DNA from: Gemmatimonadales bacterium
Lineage (GTDB): Bacteria; Gemmatimonadota; Gemmatimonadetes; Gemmatimonadales; GWC2-71-9
Reading direction: 5' to 3'
Length of the DNA stretch: 64,000 bases
Assembly (NCBI GenBank): GCA_037189525.1
Contig: JBBCJC010000005.1
Location: forward strand, 160,001-224,000
The notes under the pieces are model-generated. The model did no database searches. It saw only the letters and a program-made list of their open reading frames with translations, and had not been told where the DNA came from. Positions within the stretch are counted from its first letter, which is position 1. Each line of letters starts with the position of its first letter. Shown here piece by piece: positions 18,701 through 26,283 of the stretch. A program made the translations under genes and the position numbers.

Positions 18701-20722
18701 ATGGGTAAATCGGTGGCCTGGCAGACTACCTATCTCCAGCAGGTCGACGCAAAGGTCAGATCCGAAGCGGGCGAGATGGCCTTTACCGTCACGGCAGAGC
18801 GCGATGCCGGCCACAAGCTGTCGTTAGGCGGAAGAGGGCGCGCCAGCGAGCGCCAGCTCTTCCTCTCCGACCTTGGCTTTACCTTCGGCGAAACCGTCTG
18901 GGCTCTGAGCGACACCGCCTCGATTACCTGGGGCGACCGGATCGTTGTCAGCGACCTCGAACTCCGCGCCGGCCCGCGCCGGATCATGGTCGAGGGGCAT
19001 CTCGATCGCGGGGGAACACAGCAGTTGGCCGTCACGCTCGACTCGGTACCGATCGGCGGGTTTGCCGCCTTTGCCGGAATGGAGAACTTGAACGGTACCC
19101 TTCATGGCACGGTGCATCTCGAGGGCCCGGCCAGCCAGGTCGTGGTGCGCACCGACCTGGGACTCGCGATGCCGGATGTGGTTGCCCGGCTCAAGACCTC
19201 CGCACCGAGCGTCGGCCAGTTGCGCCTGGATGCGACCCTGGAAGATCGGCAGGGGCGATCGCTCGTCGCTGCCGGCACGGTACCGTTCCGGCTCACCCTC
19301 GCGGGAGACACGCTGCTCCCCACTCCGCCCGAGAGCGCGCCGGTCGACCTGACCCTCCAGGGCGCTGACTTCCCGATCAGTTGGATCGCACCTTTCGCTC
19401 AGTTCGCCGGAGTGGAGCGGATCGAAGGTCAGTTCCGGAGCGATGCCCGCCTGACCGGAACCATCGGCGATCCCCGTGCCTCCGGAACCCTCGGGCTGAC
19501 CGGTGGACGGATCACGGTGCCACGACAGGGCGTCGACTATCGCCGCATCACGGCGGACGTCACGCTTTCGGGTGAAACGGTCGAGGTGACCCGGCTCGAA
19601 GCCACCGCGGACGGCACCGCCAGTGTGCGCGGCACCATCGCGCTGACCAGTCTCAATAATCCGGAGCTGGCACTCGACGCCAGCTTCAAAGAGTTCCGCG
19701 CGCTCCGCAACGAATGGGTCCGGCTCGGCCTCGACGGCAGCGTCAAGCTGACCGGCAGCATGGCGGAGCCCAAGGCGGAAGGATCGATCAGTCTGGTCAA
19801 GACCGACATCTATGCGGACCAGGTGGGCCAAGGCACCGCCGCCATGCCGGTGGAACTCACCTCCGCCGACTACGCCATGCTGGAGTCGTACTTCGGCTAT
19901 CGGCCGGACAGCGCGGCAACGATGGACGATCCGCTCCTTCCCTGGGCCATCGACGTCAAGCTGGCGTTGGGCGGCGACGTCTGGCTGCGCAAACAGGCCC
20001 AGCCGGAAATGCGCGTCCTGCTGACCGGCGCGCTGGATGTCCGCAAGGCGGCCAACGATTCGCTGCAGCTCTTCGGCACCGCCGAGGTGGTCCCGGGGCG
20101 GAGCGTGGTCGAACAATTCGGCCGCCGCTTCTCGATCGAACAGGGCAGCGTGACTTTCAACGGGCTGGTCACCGACTGGACGACATCGATCGAAGCCGCT
20201 TATGCGGTGCCTTCGTCGCCCGACGCGATCGATTCGGATATTCGTATCACGCTCTCGGTCACCGGTAAAATGGATAGTCTCCGCCTCGAACTGAGCTCGG
20301 ATCCCGCGCTCGAAACGTCGGATCTGGTGTCCTACCTGGCAACGGGTAAGCCTGCGGCGCGGGCGCTGGAAAGCAGCGGCGAGGGCACCTCGCTCGCGGG
20401 GCGCGGCACCGCACTCGCGATGGGTACGGTGGCCGGACTGCTCGAGCAGCAGGCAGGCGAGGCGGTCGGCCTCGACGTGATGGAAATCCGGCACGGCGGT
20501 CCCGAGGGAACCGTGGTAATCGCGGGGCGCTACGTCTCTCCCAGACTGTACGTCGGCTTCCAGCAGCCGCTCAGTTCGACCCGCAACGAGCAGTCGCTCA
20601 CCGAGAAGAGCCCGAGCACGCGAGTCGAACTCGAATACAGCCTCTTCCGCTGGCTGCTCCTCAATCTGCAGGCGGGGCAATCGGAGTTTCGCTCGTTCTT
20701 CCGGACCCGGTATGCGTTCTGA
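15710..20722 (+). CDS. tamB: TamB-like translocation/assembly module protein (AsmA-like, C-terminal DUF490)
   Basis: 1670 aa with an N-terminal TM anchor and beta-rich repeats. C-terminal FGRRFSIEQGSVTF, LSSDPAL, GRYVSPRLYV. Overlaps an Omp85 gene. Confidence 0.85.
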   Translation: MSTPKGRGASRIVARILLALVLFLVGTLGIVVLLLQHDGIATGVLRRAASWLQPWPDARVEIGRASISGISRLSVNDLRLIRTDDSTMVAVDSVRLSISPLRLLTGRLDLGEVRVVNADIVMRQLGASQWDLIAPFQTPDSAASEPTGDPLEITIDRVDVIGSRLEARFLGGADSTLRVDGLLLAMRDFRSGTGLPVLTLDTLGAELTPPGRPTPAVMSAKLHLGPDRLVVDGLSIRSDSTDVSAVGDLRLPDSDPRQADAVDFRLAAAPLDFRDIGALVPGFDVPGSLRLDLRVTGTANLLTVTGSGRSFDGATLAIDGALTPRTTDGVRYQSTLRIDGLDARLWSNEAAAGQVNARLDFDLTGDSLAVVSGPFELDAEGIVVGEGQLVPTRLSGAFDRGRARLEVQSGWAPWLDLHGNGEIRPFAEQPAYDLDLTVTPRDSLLRMGSVDLDDLRARIEGGGTGVPTTSGQGHLTMRLTGSVGDQPLENTTLRAEWKDQRLDARLTASLGTARAAGTLSLDRQGQSDALSFRVPRLTVSDLALAPFLGDSARGSLHLDASAQGARLEPGAITAQGAIRWDDGGWGTLAVDSAAATFRLADGRVRLNGGARSGAGALSLDGQAQPFLTVPSWEVTALTLSGIDLAAIDSTWPVSSVSATASLSARGNLPALTGDGTIRIEPSQVDSVHFGPTTLTLALRPDSVTVDGTLPVAEGTVDIAAAAGPFGPVPGIDARLGIRRLALGPLTRGRFQTAVSGPVTLTLTPSTDDTTAGLVRVSAALESAAGTASLEGNAGLARRTASGDSTAWQVTRGEADLELHLTDLSAIAVQDSTTGRLDATMRVEGQGSDLATMRWTGRAHASGNVNDARLDSLALRGAVSNGVLRLDTLLLASNVLRGGGGGRVPLVRQSGEQDTLRVALVADTTRPPPAQSALGIRPLGIRSGHVDAKLWRNAQGFELAGNASVGGLIAGVAAADTLQIDLTSAGSDGTNWNITGEAMGKSVAWQTTYLQQVDAKVRSEAGEMAFTVTAERDAGHKLSLGGRGRASERQLFLSDLGFTFGETVWALSDTASITWGDRIVVSDLELRAGPRRIMVEGHLDRGGTQQLAVTLDSVPIGGFAAFAGMENLNGTLHGTVHLEGPASQVVVRTDLGLAMPDVVARLKTSAPSVGQLRLDATLEDRQGRSLVAAGTVPFRLTLAGDTLLPTPPESAPVDLTLQGADFPISWIAPFAQFAGVERIEGQFRSDARLTGTIGDPRASGTLGLTGGRITVPRQGVDYRRITADVTLSGETVEVTRLEATADGTASVRGTIALTSLNNPELALDASFKEFRALRNEWVRLGLDGSVKLTGSMAEPKAEGSISLVKTDIYADQVGQGTAAMPVELTSADYAMLESYFGYRPDSAATMDDPLLPWAIDVKLALGGDVWLRKQAQPEMRVLLTGALDVRKAANDSLQLFGTAEVVPGRSVVEQFGRRFSIEQGSVTFNGLVTDWTTSIEAAYAVPSSPDAIDSDIRITLSVTGKMDSLRLELSSDPALETSDLVSYLATGKPAARALESSGEGTSLAGRGTALAMGTVAGLLEQQAGEAVGLDVMEIRHGGPEGTVVIAGRYVSPRLYVGFQQPLSSTRNEQSLTEKSPSTRVELEYSLFRWLLLNLQAGQSEFRSFFRTRYAF

Positions 20723-22886
20723 GCTGATCCGGCTGCTCCGCATCATCCTGCTGGCCACGATGGTCGGGTCCGGTATTTCTGTCGGCCGTGCTGCGGCGCA
20801 GATTCCCTACACCGTCTTCGATGAGCACACGGAAGTCCGCTCGCTCCGGTTCGAGTTCACCGGTTCCAAGACGTTCAAAGAAGGTGAGCTCACCGAACAG
20901 ATGGCGTTGAGTGGGCGCGGGTCGTTCTATGGTATCCGTCGCACGCTGGCCGCCCTCCCGATCGTGAGCCCGCCGGCTCCGCATCCATTTACGCCGCTCG
21001 ACTTGCAGCGTGACGTGGCGCGACTGCGGCGGTTCTATGGCAACGCGGGGTTCCTCGAGACCCGGATCTGGTACGACGTCAAGTATCGGGACAGCGACAA
21101 CACTGTCGACGTCACGTTTTTCGTCGACGAAGGGCGACCGATCCTGATCCGGTCGATCACCATCACCGCACCTGGCGGCCAAGATCTCATGACCCACCTG
21201 CCGGAGGACTACTTCGGCGAGTGGCAGCGCCGCCGCGACGCGATCGGAGCGGACACCGGCGGCCGCTACACCGAAACGACGCGCGCCTGGCATGAAACCG
21301 ATCTGCTGGCCTGGTGGCGCAACCGCGGCTGGGCGTTCGCGACTGTCACGGCCAACGCGCCGATCGACTCCGCCGCCGCATCGACGAACCTCGCCTTTAC
21401 CGTCGATCCTGGCCCGCGTACCCGAATCGGCCGAATCACCATCGAAGGTCAGGAGAGCGTTTCGGACGAGGTGATCCGGCGGGTCCTGCCCTTTCGCGAG
21501 GGCCGCTGGTTCAATGCGCAGGCATTGTCCGAGGGGCGACAGCGGGTCTTCGGCCTGGATCTGTTTCGGTTGGCGCTGATCGATGTGGAGCGCGACCCTG
21601 CCAACGACTCGCTGGCCAATCTGCGGATCCGGGTCACCGAGAATCCTCCGCGCCTCATTACCGGCGAAATCGGATATGTCGGCGACGGAGGCATCAGTAC
21701 CCAGGGACAGTTTGCGCATCGTAACTTCGCCGGCGGCGCGCGGACCTTGCGCGTGACCGCGCTGGCCGAAACCGGTGTGCTCAGCGTCGGCGAGATGGAT
21801 AACGAGGAGTATCGTCTTTCAGTGGCGTATCGGGCGCCCTGGTTCCTCCATCGCCGCTATTCACTTACGGTCGAACCGTTCGGCCACTATCGGAACAATA
21901 TCACCGACCGGTCGTGGCAGGCGGGTATCGAAACGTCGCTCGTCTACGAGCTGGGACCGTACCGGTTCATCACCCTGCAACATCGCTATTCGCACCGGCG
22001 GATTCTCGATTTCCGCCTGGGCGGCGGCAGCACGCTCGATCTCAACACGCTGCTGCAGCTGATCGGCGAGGGCGCGATCGACTCGCTGGGCCGAGGCATC
22101 GAGCGCTCGACTCTTTCGCTCTCCGGCACCGTCGGACGCTTCGACCCGACCCAGCCGACGCGAACGATCCAGGGCCGGCCGACGATCGAAGTGACCACGC
22201 CAGGCGGGCTCAACACCATCGAGTATTTCGCAGCCGACGTACCGATCTTCGGCTACCTGCCGATCGGTTCGCGGGTCACCGCCACGGCGCGGGCGCGGAT
22301 CGGGCGTGTCTGGCCCTACGGCAAGACGATCCAGAGCGACGGGAGCTCGGCATTGATCGCGACGCTGCAGCTTCGGGACGTTCTGCTCAGCGCCGGAGGC
22401 ACTGGCAGCGTGCGCGGCTGGGGCGAGGGCCAACTGGGTCCCAAGTTCGTCAACCTGACCCTGACACCGATCGAAGGCACCGATTCGCTCGAACTCGGAA
22501 CGCGCGGATACGCTCCCTCGGGAGGACTGGCACGCGCGACAGGATCGGTCGAATTACAATTGCCCTTCCCCGGCCTGGGCGATGCCTGGGGAACACATCT
22601 CTTCCTGGACGCGGGGCGGGTATGGACGCCCGACTCCCGCTTCCGGGCCGACGATCCGGGCGATTCAGAGCGATGGTTCTTCGGAGCTGGCGCGGGAATC
22701 CAGGTGCGAACACTGGTGGGACCGGTTCGGATCAGCCTGGGATACAAGCTGAATCCGTCGGCGCTGGACCTGCGAGATGCGGAACCCGTCCTGGATGCGC
22801 TGCTGGCGAGTCAGCCGATCAGTTCCGTACCGGTCAATACGAAACGACGGTTCCATCTCCACTTCTCGCTAGGGCAGAGTTTCTAG
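20712..22886 (+). CDS. tamA: Omp85 family (TamA/BamA) outer-membrane protein
   Basis: POTRA-like segments (FYGNAGFL..VDEG, VDPGPR), loop-6 VRGW, beta-signal FSLGQSF. Confidence 0.85.
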   Translation: MRSELIRLLRIILLATMVGSGISVGRAAAQIPYTVFDEHTEVRSLRFEFTGSKTFKEGELTEQMALSGRGSFYGIRRTLAALPIVSPPAPHPFTPLDLQRDVARLRRFYGNAGFLETRIWYDVKYRDSDNTVDVTFFVDEGRPILIRSITITAPGGQDLMTHLPEDYFGEWQRRRDAIGADTGGRYTETTRAWHETDLLAWWRNRGWAFATVTANAPIDSAAASTNLAFTVDPGPRTRIGRITIEGQESVSDEVIRRVLPFREGRWFNAQALSEGRQRVFGLDLFRLALIDVERDPANDSLANLRIRVTENPPRLITGEIGYVGDGGISTQGQFAHRNFAGGARTLRVTALAETGVLSVGEMDNEEYRLSVAYRAPWFLHRRYSLTVEPFGHYRNNITDRSWQAGIETSLVYELGPYRFITLQHRYSHRRILDFRLGGGSTLDLNTLLQLIGEGAIDSLGRGIERSTLSLSGTVGRFDPTQPTRTIQGRPTIEVTTPGGLNTIEYFAADVPIFGYLPIGSRVTATARARIGRVWPYGKTIQSDGSSALIATLQLRDVLLSAGGTGSVRGWGEGQLGPKFVNLTLTPIEGTDSLELGTRGYAPSGGLARATGSVELQLPFPGLGDAWGTHLFLDAGRVWTPDSRFRADDPGDSERWFFGAGAGIQVRTLVGPVRISLGYKLNPSALDLRDAEPVLDALLASQPISSVPVNTKRRFHLHFSLGQSF

Positions 22887-22952
22887 TGTCGCATCTCGAG
22901 CCGCGCCTGTCAGGATTCCAATCGAGGCGCGGCGAGGAGTCTCACCCCCTGC

Positions 22953-23493
22953 TCCCTCGGCGGCAATCGACTTTACCATCGCACACCCCGACCGCGTCCG
23001 CGGATTGGTTCTGATCGGCTCAGGACTCGGCGGGTTCGCCTGGTCCGACGAACCCGATGACGACCCCGCGCGACTGGCGGCGCGAGCAGCATTGGATCGC
23101 GGTGATACCGTCGGGATTGCGCGTGCCTGGCTCTTGACGTACTATCTGGCGGCAACCGTTCGGAACCGGAGCGTCGCGGCGAAAATCGACACGCTGTTGG
23201 TCGACAACGTCGACTACTGGAAACACGTTCTCCAAACCGGCGACCTCGATCCCGGGCCTGATCCTCACGCCATCGAACGTCTCGGTGAAATCCGGGTGCC
23301 GACGCTCGTCGTCATCGGTGATGCAGACACCCGCGATCTGCAACGCATTGCCGATACCTTGAGGGCCGGTATTCCGCAGGCCCAACTCGTCGTATTGCCG
23401 GGTGTCGGCCACATTCCGAGCCTCGAGCGGCCGGCCGACATTACGCGCCTGCTCGAGGAGTTCCTGGCCACGCTCGCAACCGTTCGCCAGTGA
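22953..23493 (+). pseudogene. Alpha/beta hydrolase remnant lacking its N-terminus
   Basis: AIDFTIAHPDRVRGLVLIG, VPTLVVIGDAD, GVGHIPSLE. The SLGG elbow at 22953 is out of frame and there is no plausible upstream start. Confidence 0.75.
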
Positions 23494-23512
23494 TATCGAT
23501 CTGTGTCGACGT

Positions 23513-23869
23513 CTAGTCGGCATCCGTATGAAGGCGCGACGCCCGGCGCAACGGTCCCCTGCCCAACTCGGCGAGGAACTGATCCCGTTCCTGCGATAGC
23601 GCGACCCCCTCGCCACCGCTGGTGGCCTGGCTCGTGTAGAACGTGATCCAGCGCTCCGCCTGGTCCGCAGCAGCCCGCGCCTCCTCGGCATCGCCGGTCT
23701 CGATGAGCCGGACCATCCGGAGCCGGTAGAGTTCCGCCACCGATGCGGCGGCTCCGATATGCTGGACAGCGTCAGTGATGGCGCGTTCGGCCTCCTCGAA
23801 CCGGTTGCTCTGCTCGAGCGCAACGGCCTTCCGCCACCAAAGCGGTTTGCCCGAATCGTCCGCGGTCAT
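23513..23869 (-). CDS. Hypothetical helical (TPR-like) protein
   Basis: MTADDSGKPLWWRKAVALEQ..., typical codon usage. Confidence 0.65.
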   Translation of the reverse strand: MTADDSGKPLWWRKAVALEQSNRFEEAERAITDAVQHIGAAASVAELYRLRMVRLIETGDAEEARAAADQAERWITFYTSQATSGGEGVALSQERDQFLAELGRGPLRRASRLHTDAD

Positions 23870-23936
23870 TGGGTCAACCAGCGAAACCACCTGGGACCGT
23901 GCCAGGTGGTCGGTCGCCTTGCCCAGCCCGCCATCG

Positions 23937-24071
23937 TCACCGCGCTGATGAGGGGCGCAGCGATGCGCTCGCGCGGGTCATCACCACGGCCAGGATGATG
24001 AAGACGACCGAGACGATGGCAAGCGCCACCAGGGAGTTCGTCACCGCCGGATTCGCGCGCAGAAAGTTCAT
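23937..24071 (-). CDS. Small membrane peptide, possibly a frameshifted longer gene
   Basis: MNFLRANPAVTNSLVALAIVSVVFIILAVVMTRASASLRPSSAR, one TM helix. Below the ORF-track cutoff. Confidence 0.45.
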   Translation of the reverse strand: MNFLRANPAVTNSLVALAIVSVVFIILAVVMTRASASLRPSSAR

Positions 24072-24229
24072 ATCGTGGTTACAGGGTCTAGCCCGAAACT
24101 CGTCCTTGATGCGGCGGCAAGCTTATCACCCGCCTGACGCCAGCACCAGACGGCGCCCGGCCATGGGAACGGCCGCCCCTTTGCTCTTCAGCCCGCCGGC
24201 AGTACTTTGCATCACAAAGTAGACTATCC

Positions 24230-26140
24230 ATGACTCAGCCGCCCCCGGAATTCCTCGACCTGCAAGCCGCCCTGGCCGGCGAGTATTCCCTCCAGCGGGA
24301 GTTGGGCCGAGGGGGTATGGGTATCGTGTATCTGGCCCGGGACGTCCAGTTGGACCGCGATGTCGCCATCAAGGTCCTTCCCGCCCCGATGGCTGGCACC
24401 GCCTCGGCCCGCGAGCGATTCCTCCGCGAGGCGCGGATGGCGGCCGGGCTTTCGCATCCGCATATCGTGCCGATCCACCGGGTGGGCGAAGCCGGCGGCT
24501 TCGTCTTCTTCGTGATGAGCTATGTCGAAGGTGAATCGCTTGGTGAGCGGCTCCGCACCCGCGGCCCACTCTCGCCGGCCGAGGCTACCCGGTTGCTGCG
24601 CGAGGTGTCCTGGGCCCTCGCCTACGCCCATGGACGCGGCATCATCCATCGGGACGTCAAACCCGACAACATTCTGATCGAGGCGGGGAGCGGCCGGGCG
24701 CTGGTGACCGACTTCGGCATCGCGCAGGCCAGTACCGACCCTGCCGCCGCCGATGGGCAGCATGTCATGGGTACCGCTCGATTCATGAGCCCCGAGCAGG
24801 CACTCGGCGACGTGCTCGACGGACGCAGCGACATCTACGCGTTAGGCGTGGTCGGCTACCTGGCGGTCAGCGGCCGCCTCCCGTTCGAGCAGGCCGAGTT
24901 CCCCGCACTCCTGGTGCAGCAGACCACCCGGGATGCCCCTGGGGTGGCCAGCGTCGCTCCCGGCCTCCCGCCGGCCCTGGGCGAGACGATCGACCGTTGC
25001 CTGGCTCGTGATCCGGAGGATCGGTTTCCCGACGGGGAGACATTGGCCGCCGCGCTGGCTCCAGCTGCCGAAATCCGGCCGACGCTGCCCCCCTCGTTGC
25101 GCGGCTGGCTCGCGGCCCGCAATCCGATGCTGGTGCCCTACCTGGCCTGGGGAGGCCTGTTCGGCACCCTGACGCTGGCCAACCTGATCGTCTGGCTTGC
25201 CGGGCAGCGCCCGGACGGACCGGCCGACATCGTCCTGCTCGCGGCAATTGCCGCGGCCCCGCTGCTGCCCGTCGTCGGCTTTCATCTCAACCAGGCCCAC
25301 CGGCAGTTCAAAGCCGGCCACTCTCTCGCCGATCTGCTTGCCGCTCTCGAGGTGGAACGACGCGAGCGGGCGGAAACCGAGGCCGCCTCCCGGACCGAGC
25401 GAGAGCCCGCCCTCCATCGTCTGCTGCGCATTGCGACGACGGCATCGGGCACCTGGCTTGCTACCACATTCGGCCTGTTGATGGCCGGCGTCGTCCACGA
25501 GCGCACACTCGGCGCGGCATTCATCGTCCTGCCGATGGGCACGACGCTGTTGCTCGGCGCCGCCTGCAACGCACTCGATGTCCAGTTCATCCCGACCGGA
25601 ATCCGCCGCTGGTGGCAAACCGGGATCCGCGACCGGCTTTGGAACAGCCGTGTCGGCCGCTGGTTTGCCCGGCAACTGGGGGCGCCAAAGCAGTCGCACG
25701 CCATCGGGGGTGGCGTTTTCCAGGCGACCGAAGCGGCCCTCGGCGTTGCAGCCGGCGAGTTGTTTGCGGCGTTGCCGAAATCGTATCGCGAGCAGCTCGC
25801 CGAGCTGCCTTCGGTTGTGGCTGCGCTCGAGGCACAAGCTGCGGCCACTCGCGCGGAGGTCGATCAACTCGCCGCGTTGGCTGCTTCCGGCGCTGGCGAC
25901 ACGGCCATCCTGGCTGATCGCCGGGCCGCGGCAGGCGCTCGGCTGAGCGAGAGCGTTGGGGCCCTCGAGCGGATCAGGCTCGACCTGCTCCGGCTCCATG
26001 CCGGCGCGGCCGACCTGGCGCCACTGACGACCCTGATCGACGCCGCCCGGCGGATCGGCGAAGGCGTCGACCGCCTGGTCGCGGCAAAGTTCGAGGCCGA
26101 CGCCGCCGCCGAGTCCGACCCCGCATCCCACCGAGACTGA
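24230..26140 (+). CDS. Hanks-type Ser/Thr protein kinase with TM segments and coiled-coil C-terminus
   Basis: LGRGGMGIVY, VAIK, HRDVKPDN, DFG, MSPEQ. Confidence 0.93.
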   Translation: MTQPPPEFLDLQAALAGEYSLQRELGRGGMGIVYLARDVQLDRDVAIKVLPAPMAGTASARERFLREARMAAGLSHPHIVPIHRVGEAGGFVFFVMSYVEGESLGERLRTRGPLSPAEATRLLREVSWALAYAHGRGIIHRDVKPDNILIEAGSGRALVTDFGIAQASTDPAAADGQHVMGTARFMSPEQALGDVLDGRSDIYALGVVGYLAVSGRLPFEQAEFPALLVQQTTRDAPGVASVAPGLPPALGETIDRCLARDPEDRFPDGETLAAALAPAAEIRPTLPPSLRGWLAARNPMLVPYLAWGGLFGTLTLANLIVWLAGQRPDGPADIVLLAAIAAAPLLPVVGFHLNQAHRQFKAGHSLADLLAALEVERRERAETEAASRTEREPALHRLLRIATTASGTWLATTFGLLMAGVVHERTLGAAFIVLPMGTTLLLGAACNALDVQFIPTGIRRWWQTGIRDRLWNSRVGRWFARQLGAPKQSHAIGGGVFQATEAALGVAAGELFAALPKSYREQLAELPSVVAALEAQAAATRAEVDQLAALAASGAGDTAILADRRAAAGARLSESVGALERIRLDLLRLHAGAADLAPLTTLIDAARRIGEGVDRLVAAKFEADAAAESDPASHRD

Positions 26141-26160
26141 ACGACCTCCTGATCATCGGA

Positions 26161-26189
26161 TGATCCGCGACGCCGCGCGCGGTCGCGTA
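26161..26189 (+). promoter_or_regulatory. Candidate ECF-type promoter (TGATCC-N17-CGCGTA)
   Basis: Bipartite motif about 95 nt upstream of the large lipoprotein gene next to the ECF/kinase pair. Assignment is inference. Confidence 0.35.
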
Positions 26190-26283
26190 CCCCAGAAGAG
26201 GGCACGACACGGAAGCGAACGCCGCCTCCGCGTCTCCCTCCGGCCATTCACGTTTGCCACCTGGGGCGGAAGGAAGAAACTCG

